Below are positions 42,104-51,853 of a DNA stretch of 64,000 nucleotides, one piece after another. The DNA comes from an uncultured Pseudomonadales bacterium (GTDB lineage: Bacteria; Patescibacteriota; Microgenomatia; UBA1400; UBA12028). Position 1 is the first letter of the stretch, and each line of letters begins with the position of its first letter. The notes below the pieces were generated by a model. That model did no database searches. It was not told the origin of the DNA and was given only the letters and a program-made list of their open reading frames with translations. Position numbers and translations under genes: made by a program. The DNA is taken from contig CAZDWN010000003.1 of assembly GCA_964509365.1 (NCBI GenBank), forward strand, positions 218,917 through 282,916, written 5' to 3'.

Positions 42104-44337
42104 AAAAATTGGTAGCTTTCCTTACTTCACTTCTTTCGTTTCGATTCTTTCCATTAGTGATGGGAAAGACGTTGTATTTTGGAGATAATTATTCTTTGCT
42201 TGTGCCTGGAAAAATCTTTACTTCGCAGTGGTTGCGGCGGGGGATCCTGCCGTTTTGGAATCCGTATCTTTTTATCGGTCAAAGTTGGATTGGAAATCTC
42301 AATGAATCAATCCTGTATCCAAGTACTCTATTATTCGTCACTTTTGATCCGGCGATCGCGTTGTCACTGAACGTGTTCATCCATACTGCGATAAGCGCTG
42401 TCGGAGCGTATTTCCTCAGTAGAGCGTTCATCAAACAAGAATGGGCACGATACAGCGTGGTCGTCATATGGATATTCTCAGCTCAGTGGACGGCCACGTA
42501 TGATAACCTCTCAGTCATTCAGAGCGCTTGTTACATACCATGGATACTGCTTGCCAGCATTCACCTACAACACTCACTGAAGTCAAAACTTTTGCTTGCG
42601 TCTTTTGTGGTCTTGCAGATCGCAGGCGGTTATCCACAATATGTCATCTATTCGGTAGGATTTGGATTCCCGTTGCACCTTTGGATACATCGGAAGGCGA
42701 ACATTGGTAGATTTCTTCAAGCCGGCTTGATCGCCGTGTTGTTGTCAGCTGTCTGGTGGATGCCATTTCTAACGCTCCTTCACTCTTCCACGCGGTCGAT
42801 CCAAACACCTGCGCAACTTGCGAGTGGCGCATTGCACCCATTGGAACTCCTGCGGGCAATTGTCCCGACCATATTTGATGATTCCCGCGTGGGAATGAAA
42901 TGGGGACCATTTTGGAATACGAGCATGAATCCAGGGCTGTACGTCGGGCTATTTGGAGTGTTGTCAGTGGGTACGATTTTGAGAAGACACAGACTGAAAT
43001 TTGATTGGGTTTGCATGGCATTCATCGCTGGATCGATCTTTCTGGCGATGCTTGGATCCACGGGCTTTTCTCCTCTTCATTACATCCCACTGCTTGCATC
43101 ATCTCGTGGAGCAGGCCTTATACTTTTGCCGGCGACGCTCATCGCAGCTATCTGGATCGGCTCTGCATTCGAACGTCTGAGTCTAGAAAGGCTACGGGCA
43201 TCCAGTCGACCACTTTGGTTCGGACTGATACTTGTACTCACATTCGCAAGTTTTCTGGTGATGCTCTCTCAGTTTGGCGTACTTTGGCATGTTCTCGCGC
43301 AACTCTCCCATGGAAGACTTGGGGCAGGTTGGCATACATTTGAGCGTGACTCAATTATCTTCAAAACGATCGTAATTCATAGCATGGTGTCTTTCGCAGC
43401 AGCCTACTTCCTGTACCTTGCCCTGCGAGCAAAAAAGCATTTTCTATTTGTTCTCGTGCTCCTGGTTGATCTCTCGTTTGCGACTGCGGGACGTACGCTG
43501 TTTGCTGCGAATGCAATCTACCCTACATGGAAGCAGTTGACGATGTCTCAGCAAATCCCGGTCCTTGATGCGCAAGGGAATGATCGAGTTTTGATCGCGA
43601 ATGGCAATAGTCCGTACACTGATTTTCCAACGTATTGGGATGCGACGACCGTACGCCAACCGTTCTCTGATTCGTTCGTTGATCAGCGTGAGCTTTACTC
43701 ACTGGATCGATTGCGTGAGATGAGAAATGGTCTGACTCCTGATTGGAATATGGTGTATGGGATACGGTCACTCAATGGATACGCCGCATTCGTACCAACG
43801 GATGTGGACGCAGTGTTTAATACCTCAGATCCCTCCATTAACAGCATGCCTCCAATCTCTCCCACTGATTCCAGGCTCTCCGAGTATGGCGTACGAACAT
43901 ACTGGCAAGACACTTGGTATCCACACAAAAATCACGTAGTAGGACTCGATGCCCCTGTGCACTTTGGAAATTATGAATTGTATACACTCTCAGGCAACAG
44001 CGGGCGATTTCATCTGACCGATGAATCAAGCTTCCAGATACTCAAGCTCGAAGAAACTCCAAATACACAAGTACTCAACTATCAATCCAGCAAAGCTTCT
44101 GATCTCGTGATCGCCGATCGATTTGACTCGGACTGGAAAGCAACTATTGATGGCAAAGAAGTGCCAATCTCAGAGTTTCATGGTCAACGAAAAATCCCTA
44201 TTGAGTCCGGGATTCATACGCTCACACTTCAGTACGTCCCTGTGGCACTCTATAGAGGGTTTGTCATCACAGTGCTGACACTGCTCGTGTGTCTGGGGGC
44301 ACTGGTGCGATCGAATTATTTCAAGAAAACAGATTAA
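42100..44337 (+). CDS. YfhO-like large membrane protein (GT-C glycosyltransferase family)
   Basis: 746 aa from the ATG at 42100 (MKKLVAFLTSLLSF...), in ATGA overlap with the upstream gene's stop. The longer ORF-track version (start 41737) overlaps the upstream gene by 366 bp and is rejected. Many TM helices plus a C-terminal beta-rich domain, which is the size and architecture of the YfhO family. Confidence 0.4.
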   Translation: MKKLVAFLTSLLSFRFFPLVMGKTLYFGDNYSLLVPGKIFTSQWLRRGILPFWNPYLFIGQSWIGNLNESILYPSTLLFVTFDPAIALSLNVFIHTAISAVGAYFLSRAFIKQEWARYSVVVIWIFSAQWTATYDNLSVIQSACYIPWILLASIHLQHSLKSKLLLASFVVLQIAGGYPQYVIYSVGFGFPLHLWIHRKANIGRFLQAGLIAVLLSAVWWMPFLTLLHSSTRSIQTPAQLASGALHPLELLRAIVPTIFDDSRVGMKWGPFWNTSMNPGLYVGLFGVLSVGTILRRHRLKFDWVCMAFIAGSIFLAMLGSTGFSPLHYIPLLASSRGAGLILLPATLIAAIWIGSAFERLSLERLRASSRPLWFGLILVLTFASFLVMLSQFGVLWHVLAQLSHGRLGAGWHTFERDSIIFKTIVIHSMVSFAAAYFLYLALRAKKHFLFVLVLLVDLSFATAGRTLFAANAIYPTWKQLTMSQQIPVLDAQGNDRVLIANGNSPYTDFPTYWDATTVRQPFSDSFVDQRELYSLDRLREMRNGLTPDWNMVYGIRSLNGYAAFVPTDVDAVFNTSDPSINSMPPISPTDSRLSEYGVRTYWQDTWYPHKNHVVGLDAPVHFGNYELYTLSGNSGRFHLTDESSFQILKLEETPNTQVLNYQSSKASDLVIADRFDSDWKATIDGKEVPISEFHGQRKIPIESGIHTLTLQYVPVALYRGFVITVLTLLVCLGALVRSNYFKKTD

Positions 44338-45025
44338 AGTAGGTGATCTCAATGATCGCCTTGAGTCCGTCGATGACTCCGATCTTTTTTCCTTCTTCAT
44401 ACGTGCGACCTTGATACGAGATGCCGACTTCAAAAATTCTCACTCCGACAATCTTCGAAATCCGAGCGGTAATCTCCGGTTCGATACCAAAGCGCTTACT
44501 CACCACTCGACGTTTGAGATAATCGACGACTGGCCGTGAAAATAATTTGTACCCACACTCCATATCGGTCAAGTTGAGATTGGTCCAAATGTCTGAGTAC
44601 CAGGTCAAGAGTTTATTTGCGACATGATGAGTGAAATAAATGACGCGGTGGGATTCGCTGCCGACGAACCGAGAGCCGTAGACCACGTCTGCCTGAGAAC
44701 TAAAAAATGGTTGCAACAACTTTGGATATTCTTCAGGCAAGTATTCAAGATCTGCATCTTGGATCACCACGATGTCTCCAGTCGATCGAAGTAACCCAGT
44801 TTTCACTGCAGCACCTTTGCCAAGATTGCTGCGATGACGAATGAGTTTGATATCTTTGAGTTGTTTGACTTTCTGGACCGTATGATCTGTCGAGGCATCA
44901 TCGATGACAATGATTTCTTTTTTCAAGCGGAGTGTATTGGCTTTTTTTACTCGTGAAATGATCGTAAGGATCGTCGACTCCTCATTGAAGACGGGGATGA
45001 TGATAGAAATAGTGCGAAGTTTCAC
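44321..45025 (-). CDS. GT2 polyprenyl-phosphate sugar synthase-like (Dpm1/ArnC family)
   Basis: ISIIIPVFNEESTI ... IVIDDASTDHT ... NLGKGAAVKTG ... IQDADLEYLPEE ... VYGSRF. The start codon at 45025 is GTG. Confidence 0.7.
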   Translation of the reverse strand: MKLRTISIIIPVFNEESTILTIISRVKKANTLRLKKEIIVIDDASTDHTVQKVKQLKDIKLIRHRSNLGKGAAVKTGLLRSTGDIVVIQDADLEYLPEEYPKLLQPFFSSQADVVYGSRFVGSESHRVIYFTHHVANKLLTWYSDIWTNLNLTDMECGYKLFSRPVVDYLKRRVVSKRFGIEPEITARISKIVGVRIFEVGISYQGRTYEEGKKIGVIDGLKAIIEITYFNLFS

Positions 45026-45075
45026 TCTCTTTTCTTACCGTTTCGTACTTTTTTTGTCAAGGATCAGCTAGCCGT

Positions 45076-45146
45076 CAATCGCTTTTGCTGTGCTCGGCTC
45101 GCTCGGGAGTACCCGGGGCATACCTGCGCGCAGAAAAGCTGGATTG
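45076..45146. repeat. 71-bp GC-rich quasi-palindromic intergenic element, copy 1
   Basis: caatcgcttttgcTgtgctcggctcgctcgggagtacccggggcatacctgcgcgcAgaaaagctGgattg. It is 68/71 identical to 51854-51924, has a central hairpin ctcggg-agta-cccggg, and closes with caatc/gattg. Confidence 0.7.
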
Positions 45147-45147
45147 A

Positions 45148-46140
45148 TCAGCTCGCATTTTTCTGATTTTTAAAGTACTCCCAAGTCCTCAAGAGACCTT
45201 CTGAGAGTTCTACTGTGGGTTCCCACTTCAAAAGATTTTTGGCTTTGGTGATATCTGGACACCGCCGCTGTGGATCACCAGGTCTTGCTTGGATGCTTGT
45301 TATCGTTTCAGTCGTGCCAGTGACCGCGATGACTTGCTCTGCAAGCTGCTTCATGGTGATCTCACTTGGATTACCGAGATTTACCGTCTGGCCCGCTGCT
45401 TGGTCCACTTCCATCAAACGTAGGAGCGCTGTCACCATATCGTCAATGAAACAAAAGGAGCGAGTTTGAGATCCGGTCCCTTCGACTGGGAGCGACTTGT
45501 GATCTTGGACTGATTTGAAGTACTCAGGTATGACACGGCCGTCGTTGATATCCATACGAGGACCATAGACATTGAATAAACGAGCGATACGAATGTCCAA
45601 TTGAAAAGAATTGATGTGCACACCACAAATGGTCTCACCGAGTCGTTTGCTTTCGTCATACATCGAACGCGGTCCGTTTGGGTCGACATTTCCGAAGTAT
45701 GTTTCCTTTTGAGGGTGTTCGAGCGGATCGCCGTAAATCTCTGATGTGCTGGTATAGAGCACTCGAGCCGTAGGAGAAGACTCAAGGACGAATTGGAGTA
45801 AATTATGTGTCCCGATGCTATTTACTAAATAGGTCTCAATTGGTTTTTTTTGATAGCCTGGTGGTGACGCTGGAGATGCGAGATGGAATATACAGGACAG
45901 AGTGGCGAGATGAGAGTTGAGAGTAGGGAGATATGTGGAAGGGGAGTCGATGACATCTGCTTCGATCAGAGTGAACTTTGGATGTGAGAGCGCAGACTGA
46001 AGGTTTTGTTTGTTGCCGGTGATGAAATTGTCAACACCGACCACGATCGCACCTTCCGCTAGCAATCGATCAGTCAAATGTGATCCGATGAACCCTGCTG
46101 CTCCAGTAACTAAAACGGTTTTATCTTGATAGAATGACAT
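45148..46140 (-). CDS. UDP-glucuronate decarboxylase (UDP-xylose synthase / ArnA C-terminal-domain-like SDR)
   Basis: KTVLVTGAAGFIGSHL ... VVGVDNFITGNKQNL ... YDESKRLGE. The VDNFxTG motif is characteristic of UXS-type decarboxylases. The start at Met25 (46140) sits just before the GxxGxxG (the ORF-track start is 46212). Confidence 0.7.
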   Translation of the reverse strand: MSFYQDKTVLVTGAAGFIGSHLTDRLLAEGAIVVGVDNFITGNKQNLQSALSHPKFTLIEADVIDSPSTYLPTLNSHLATLSCIFHLASPASPPGYQKKPIETYLVNSIGTHNLLQFVLESSPTARVLYTSTSEIYGDPLEHPQKETYFGNVDPNGPRSMYDESKRLGETICGVHINSFQLDIRIARLFNVYGPRMDINDGRVIPEYFKSVQDHKSLPVEGTGSQTRSFCFIDDMVTALLRLMEVDQAAGQTVNLGNPSEITMKQLAEQVIAVTGTTETITSIQARPGDPQRRCPDITKAKNLLKWEPTVELSEGLLRTWEYFKNQKNAS

Positions 46141-46184
46141 AGACCCTGATGATATCAGGGTAAATTTCAAAATCCAAATTACAA

Positions 46185-47594
46185 ATGTCAAAAAAACTGT
46201 TTCCTCTAGCATTAATCTTGATTCTCAGTGTTCTCCTACGACTGCCGTTATTAAACAGTTCACTTTGGATGGATGAGGCGGCGCAAGCGATGGAATCAAG
46301 CAGACCACTTGCCGAGCAGACACATATCGCTGATGACTATCAACCTCCGCTGTTTCATGTCATCGTCCATTTCTTTTTGCTGGTCTCCCATGATGAATGG
46401 TGGATCCGTCTGCCGAGTTTGATCGCAGGTATCGGCACCCTTGCGATCCTGTATGTGCTGCTCGAGGAAAAATCTACCAAAAACGTCGCAGTACTAGCTG
46501 CGCTTCTCCTCGCTACATCGCCATTTCATATTTATTTTAGTCAGGAACTTCGGCCGTACTCGGTGGCAGCTTTTTTTGCGATCTTGAGTTGGTACATCTT
46601 GGTGTCTGATCATTTTGGAAAATACCGCTGGCCTTGGTACACAGTTGCGACGACCCTTGGGTTGTACTCAATGTATTTAATTCCTTTTAATATTCTGGCG
46701 CAGCTTCTCTATGTTTTTTTTGAGCAGAAAAAACAGCTGAAATCTCTCATCTGTAGTCTGATCGCTGTAGCCTGTCTCTTTCTCCCTTGGCTCCCAAGCT
46801 TTGTCACTCAACTGCATATTGGGACACAGTTGACCGCACAACTCCCCGGGTGGGCAAATGCGGTCGGGACACCCCAACTCAAAGTGTTGCCACTAACTGT
46901 CGCTAAATTTGTGGTGGGGCCGGTTGAATTTCATGGGAATCCTTGGTTGGTCTTTGTCACTGCTCTTATTCTCGCTGCCAGTACTGTCATGATCATCAGG
47001 TTCAAGAAAAAAAATGAGCTCAAACTCTTTGTGTATTGGTTTGTGTTGCCTCTACTGACTGCATGGCTCGTGTCCTTTGTCGTACCAGTCATCCAACCCA
47101 AGCGCGTCATGTTTATTCTTCCTGCATTCTATGCGATAGTAGTGTTGACCTCGGTGAAATCAAAAAGTGGGAGGATCGTACTCATCCTGATGACGTGTCT
47201 TCAGCTGCTCTGTCTGGGAATCTACTGGTCAAATCCTGCCTATCAACGAGAAAACTGGAAATCACTCATTCAATCCATCGAGTCCCAAGCTACTTCAAAC
47301 TCAGCAGTGCTCTTTTCATTTGAGAAACCATTTGCTCCATGGCACTGGTACACGAACGGTACAGTCAAGACCATCGTCACTGGTCGTGTGTATACGAGTG
47401 ATCTGAATGAGAACGATTCAGTTGCTTCTCAGCTTCAGTTTGTATCAAGGATATATCTGTTTGATTATCTTCGAGATTTGACAGACCCGCATCACACGCT
47501 TGAGCAGACGCTGAATGCTCAAGGATTCCAAGAATCCACAAAAATTGATGCGAAGGCTATTGGTTTTGTGCGTATCTTTGCTAGAATGAACTAA
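46185..47594 (+). CDS. GT-C membrane glycosyltransferase, ArnT/PMT (GT39/GT83)-like
   Basis: LLRLPLLNSSLWMDEAAQAMES has the (W)xDE first-loop motif. 469 aa with 11-12 TM helices and a C-terminal domain paralogous to those of 3-839 and 2260-3975. Confidence 0.65.
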   Translation: MSKKLFPLALILILSVLLRLPLLNSSLWMDEAAQAMESSRPLAEQTHIADDYQPPLFHVIVHFFLLVSHDEWWIRLPSLIAGIGTLAILYVLLEEKSTKNVAVLAALLLATSPFHIYFSQELRPYSVAAFFAILSWYILVSDHFGKYRWPWYTVATTLGLYSMYLIPFNILAQLLYVFFEQKKQLKSLICSLIAVACLFLPWLPSFVTQLHIGTQLTAQLPGWANAVGTPQLKVLPLTVAKFVVGPVEFHGNPWLVFVTALILAASTVMIIRFKKKNELKLFVYWFVLPLLTAWLVSFVVPVIQPKRVMFILPAFYAIVVLTSVKSKSGRIVLILMTCLQLLCLGIYWSNPAYQRENWKSLIQSIESQATSNSAVLFSFEKPFAPWHWYTNGTVKTIVTGRVYTSDLNENDSVASQLQFVSRIYLFDYLRDLTDPHHTLEQTLNAQGFQESTKIDAKAIGFVRIFARMN

Positions 47595-47595
47595 A

Positions 47596-47625
47596 GCCAC
47601 CTTTCCGGTGGGGAAGGATTTTTTT
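47596..47625 (+). terminator. possible hairpin plus T-run between GT-C gene and GT4 gene
   Basis: gccacctttccggtggggaaggattttttt: a ccacc/ggtgg stem, then a T7 run ending one base before the ATG at 47626. The stem is short and an 8-nt spacer precedes the T-run. Confidence 0.25.
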
Positions 47626-48744
47626 ATGGCCTCACTGAAAGTCGGATTTGATGTCACCCCAATCCTCTACAATCGCGGGGTATCACGCTACACGAGCAAT
47701 ATCGTACGTGAACTTGGGAATCTCGACAATGGGCCAGAACTTTTTTTATTCGGCTCATCGTTTCGGGCGAATCGACTTCTGAAGACGATGGCCACTGATC
47801 TCGCAATGCAAGCACATGTGAGCGCGAAGCCATCAATCCAAGCATTCCCTCCATCATTTTTGAAAACAATGTGGTACTCGGCAAAACGACTCTATATCGA
47901 AAGTTTAATGACGAAGGTTGACGTTTTTCATGCCTGGGAAGAGCTTATCCCTCCGACCTATAAGACTCCAACCGTTGCTACCATTCACGATTTGGCGCTT
48001 TTCAAATTCGAAAAAATTGGAAATCCAACAACCAAAGAAAAACACACGCTCGCCCTCAGACGACTCCAGGAAACGCATTCTCATGTGATCGCTGTCAGCC
48101 AACAAACCAAACGAGATCTCCTGGAACTGTTTTCATTTCCAGAGGACCATATCCATGTAGTGCCGGAGGCTGTGCCTCAAGAAATTGTGTTTGATAAAAA
48201 AACCTTGATCGCGAGTCACGAACTGAAAAAGTTCTCGATCACGAAACCATTTTTCTTGTGGGTAGGTGTCAATGAGCCTCGCAAGAATCTCAATCGCATC
48301 ATCGAAAGTTGGAGAACGTATAAGGATGATTTTGATCTCGTGCTCGTGGGATCAGCTGGCCTGGACCAAGTCAAACCAGAGCAGGGAATCAAAAAACTTG
48401 GTGGTGTCGGCATGACCGAGCTCGCGGCACTGTATGCCAGCGCGGAAGCATTGTTGTTTCCATCGCTCTACGAAGGATTTGGGCTCCCAATCCTCGAAGC
48501 CTTCCAATATGGTTGCCCAGTCGTGACGAGCAATATTTCGGCAATGGCGGAAGTCGCTGCTGATGCGGCATTTCTGGTGGATCCAAGTGATGTCGATTCA
48601 ATTCGCCATGGGATGAGCGAATCTTTGGAAAAAGGAAAGCTCGCTGCAAAGCAAAAGAAAATGAAGGAACGCACAGCGACATTTAGCTGGAAAAAAAGCG
48701 CTCAACTGACGATGGATGTGTATCGAATCGTCAAAAACTCCTAG
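47626..48744 (+). CDS. GT4 family glycosyltransferase
   Basis: [26 protein letters not shown] motif. The ATG is at 47626 (the ORF-track start at 47608 is GTG). Confidence 0.8.
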   Translation: MASLKVGFDVTPILYNRGVSRYTSNIVRELGNLDNGPELFLFGSSFRANRLLKTMATDLAMQAHVSAKPSIQAFPPSFLKTMWYSAKRLYIESLMTKVDVFHAWEELIPPTYKTPTVATIHDLALFKFEKIGNPTTKEKHTLALRRLQETHSHVIAVSQQTKRDLLELFSFPEDHIHVVPEAVPQEIVFDKKTLIASHELKKFSITKPFFLWVGVNEPRKNLNRIIESWRTYKDDFDLVLVGSAGLDQVKPEQGIKKLGGVGMTELAALYASAEALLFPSLYEGFGLPILEAFQYGCPVVTSNISAMAEVAADAAFLVDPSDVDSIRHGMSESLEKGKLAAKQKKMKERTATFSWKKSAQLTMDVYRIVKNS

Positions 48745-48782
48745 TACTTCTTTTTTCTCCTCAAGCACGATACCATAAAAGA

Positions 48783-49946
48783 ATGAGTGCTTCTTTGCTA
48801 TCCATCGGAGTAAATGCCTACGAGGCCAACGTCACCAAACGAGTCGGCAGCAATCAATATGCGTATCAGTTACTCTGTCAGCTAGAGAAATTGACCAGAA
48901 ATCCTGTCGGAGAGTGGAGTATCGATTGGACGATCTATCTTCCTGAAACGCCCGTCGGAGATATGCCGCCAGAACGAGAAAGATTTCACTACCGCATAGT
49001 CGGACCAAAAAAGATGTGGACACAGTGGAGACTTCCACTCGCCCTCTACTTTTCAGGTAAACCACACAACGTTTTCTTATCTCTAGGACATTATGCTCCT
49101 CGATTTTCACCGTTTCCCAGTGCCATTTGTATCTTGGATCTAGCGTACCTGAAATTCCCGCAATTCTTCTTGCCGAAGGATCTCTATCAATTGCGTGAGT
49201 GGACTCGGTACAGCGTCAAGCAAGCACGACATGTTTTTACCATCTCACAAGCAAGCTTACTGGATATCAAAGAGCAATACCAAAAGCGCCAGGAAAGTAT
49301 CTCGATTGTGTATCCGGGGGTTGATATCCCTGCAAATTTGGATACCGAGCTCGCGTTCTCGACGAGCGTGCTCTCAAAATTTGGATTAACTGAGAAAAAG
49401 TACATTGTCTCCGTCGGGACGATTCAACCTCGCAAAAATATGATTACTGCGATCAAGGCATATGAATTGTTGATGCAAAGCAATCAAATTGATCCAGATT
49501 GTAAGCTCGTGTTTGTGGGAAAGGCTGGTTGGATGACCAAGGAATTTGATGATGCAATTTTATCGAGTCAATATAAAGACAAAATTACTGTCACTGGGTA
49601 TGTCACTGACGATGAGAAGCAAGCGATTCTTTCCAAAGCGAGTTGCAGTTTTCTTGTCGGGTTTTACGAAGGATTTGGTATCCCGGTTATCGAGAGTTTG
49701 ATCCATGGAGTACGACCGGTCGTCGCCAACACCAGCAGTTTACCAGAAGTTGCTGGTGGCTTTGCTATTCTCATTGACCCTTACAATGTCCAATCGGTCG
49801 CCAACGGTTTTTCGCAAGCGCTCCTCCATGCTCCTGACCCAATGGAACGGGCTCAAATGCGAGAGTGGGCAAAGCAGTTCTCATGGGAGGCAAGTGGACT
49901 CAAAATGATTTCCGTACTCATCGAAAAATTTGGAAGAAAGTCATGA
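48783..49946 (+). CDS. GT4 family glycosyltransferase
   Basis: GFYEGFGIPVIESLIHGVRPVVAN motif. Confidence 0.75.
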   Translation: MSASLLSIGVNAYEANVTKRVGSNQYAYQLLCQLEKLTRNPVGEWSIDWTIYLPETPVGDMPPERERFHYRIVGPKKMWTQWRLPLALYFSGKPHNVFLSLGHYAPRFSPFPSAICILDLAYLKFPQFFLPKDLYQLREWTRYSVKQARHVFTISQASLLDIKEQYQKRQESISIVYPGVDIPANLDTELAFSTSVLSKFGLTEKKYIVSVGTIQPRKNMITAIKAYELLMQSNQIDPDCKLVFVGKAGWMTKEFDDAILSSQYKDKITVTGYVTDDEKQAILSKASCSFLVGFYEGFGIPVIESLIHGVRPVVANTSSLPEVAGGFAILIDPYNVQSVANGFSQALLHAPDPMERAQMREWAKQFSWEASGLKMISVLIEKFGRKS

Positions 49947-50419
49947 TTATATTAGGAATAGATCCGGGCTACGATCGCCTCGGGTGGGCCGTCCTTGAGA
50001 AAAATGGCAAGCAAACAACGTTTATCGCAGCCGGACTGGTGCAAACTCAAAAAAAAGATCTCTTGTCAGCGCGTCTGCTGCAGGTCTGGGATGGGATTGA
50101 AGAAGTCATCACAACATATACTCCCCAAGTTGCTGTAGTCGAAGAACTCTTTTTCTCGAACAATCAAAAGTCTGTGATCGCCGTCGCACAAAGCAGAGGG
50201 GTGATCATCGTCTCATTGGCCAGCCACCGTGTGGACATCAAAGAATATACTCCACCTCAAATAAAGGCGATTGTGACCGGTGACGGGAGAGCCGATAAAA
50301 AAGCAGTTGAGAAAATGGTACGAATTCAGTTAGAAAACATCCCCGAAGGACTGATCGATGATACACTAGACGCCGTTGCGTGCGCGTATGCATACGCATG
50401 TGACAATTCCTATGGATGA
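49943..50419 (+). CDS. ruvC: crossover junction endodeoxyribonuclease RuvC
   Basis: MIILGIDPGYDRLGWAV ... AVVEELFFSNNQKS ... DDTLDAVACAYAYA carries the RuvC catalytic D/E/D/D residues in order. The ATG at 49943 overlaps the upstream stop (ATGA). Confidence 0.85.
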   Translation: MIILGIDPGYDRLGWAVLEKNGKQTTFIAAGLVQTQKKDLLSARLLQVWDGIEEVITTYTPQVAVVEELFFSNNQKSVIAVAQSRGVIIVSLASHRVDIKEYTPPQIKAIVTGDGRADKKAVEKMVRIQLENIPEGLIDDTLDAVACAYAYACDNSYG

Positions 50420-51242
50420 ACACTCTCACTTCTATCCTGACCAGATCGTCCCACTCCTGCTGACAGGAGTAGTTTTCTTGATCTTGGCTGTCATCTTGTT
50501 TCTTGAGATAAACATCCTCAATCTGTTTGTGATCGCTCGAGAGACTATCAAGATTCAGATCCATCCAAGTGACGTGCTCATTGGGATGACGATTTATTTA
50601 AAGACATCAATAGATTTTGCCATCTTTATTGGTCGATTGATGGGCAAATACAAAGGCTGGAAAAATCGAGTCATGATCGAAGTAGGCACAGCACTTGGAA
50701 ATGCAGCCGGAACGCTTGGAATATTGATCCTTTGGGATTTGTTTCGGGAAGTACGATTTTTAATGGCAGCCATGATCATCATCGCCGCGTTTGTACTGTT
50801 TCGGCTTGCGGAAGAGGGATTGGAGCATGTAACCATACCGCTGCATGGTGCAACGAAAGGTTTCAAAAAAGCATTATCAGTGCTCAATGGAAGTGTTGCT
50901 CCGGTGCTCGATCGCCTCGTGCCATCGCTCTCGATCAAGGACGATGGGGAGAAAAACTATAAAGGATTATTTATTCTCGCGTTTTCGATCCCTTTTATCT
51001 TGGGCCTTGATGACTTTGCTGGATATATTCCATTGTTTAATGTCGTCAATGTCTTTGGGTTTGCACTCGGAGTCTTTCTCGGACACACGGTGCTCAATAT
51101 CTTCCTTTTCCTCTCTCCGACGAAGACGATACAGACGGTGAAGAATCCGTTCGTGTCGTTTATCGGTAGTGTTGCTTTTGTGGGCTTAGCAGTTTGGGGT
51201 TTGATCGAAGCAGCCAAGCTTATCGGATTTGTTGCTCACTAA
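50412..51242 (+). CDS. polytopic membrane protein of unknown function, between ruvC and ruvA
   Basis: 277 aa with 7-8 hydrophobic helices. It overlaps the ruvC stop by 8 bp and overlaps the probable ruvA start. I recognise no family. Confidence 0.45.
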   Translation: MDEHSHFYPDQIVPLLLTGVVFLILAVILFLEINILNLFVIARETIKIQIHPSDVLIGMTIYLKTSIDFAIFIGRLMGKYKGWKNRVMIEVGTALGNAAGTLGILILWDLFREVRFLMAAMIIIAAFVLFRLAEEGLEHVTIPLHGATKGFKKALSVLNGSVAPVLDRLVPSLSIKDDGEKNYKGLFILAFSIPFILGLDDFAGYIPLFNVVNVFGFALGVFLGHTVLNIFLFLSPTKTIQTVKNPFVSFIGSVAFVGLAVWGLIEAAKLIGFVAH

Positions 51243-51267
51243 GGAAATCTACGCTATAGTGGCTCTC

Positions 51268-51837
51268 ATGATTGGGTATTTGTTTGGAACACCAAAAGTC
51301 ACCGCGACGTCAACGCTCCTCATATGCAATGGAGTGGGATACCTTGTCAATGTAACTTCAAGCACTAAGCAGCAGATAGCAAGTAGCAAAGAATGCGAGC
51401 TGTTTATCTATTCACATATCAAAGAAGATGCGTTTGATTTGTATGGATTTTTGACCGAGGGGGAAAAGCAGTTGTTTTTGCAGCTGATCAATGTCGATGG
51501 AGTCGGTCCGAAGACGGCACTCAATATCATGGATAGAGGAGTGGATGCGATCGTGCATGCAGTACAGACAGCAGACGTCTCTTTTTTCTCGTCAGTGACA
51601 CGCGTAGGGAAAAAGAGCGCACAGAAGATCATCATCGACTTGAAAAACAAACTTGGTGGTCAAGAAGATATCGATTTGTCGACACCGACTGGAAAAGCGG
51701 CAGAAGTACTGGAAGCATTGTTGTCACTTGGATTTCATGAGACGCAAAGTCAAAAAGTGGTAAAGAGTATTGATACTGAAAATGTGAGAGTAGAAGATGC
51801 GGTGAAGAAAGCGATACAACTGCTAACCAAGTTGTAG
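51268..51837 (+). CDS. ruvA: Holliday junction DNA helicase subunit RuvA
   Basis: MIGYLFG canonical RuvA N-terminus. NVDGVGPKTALNIM and RVGKKSAQKIIIDLK form the HhH pair. Starting at 51268 rather than the ORF-track 51229 avoids fusing a spurious TM segment. Confidence 0.8.
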   Translation: MIGYLFGTPKVTATSTLLICNGVGYLVNVTSSTKQQIASSKECELFIYSHIKEDAFDLYGFLTEGEKQLFLQLINVDGVGPKTALNIMDRGVDAIVHAVQTADVSFFSSVTRVGKKSAQKIIIDLKNKLGGQEDIDLSTPTGKAAEVLEALLSLGFHETQSQKVVKSIDTENVRVEDAVKKAIQLLTKL

Positions 51838-51853
51838 CATTATTTGTCGATCG

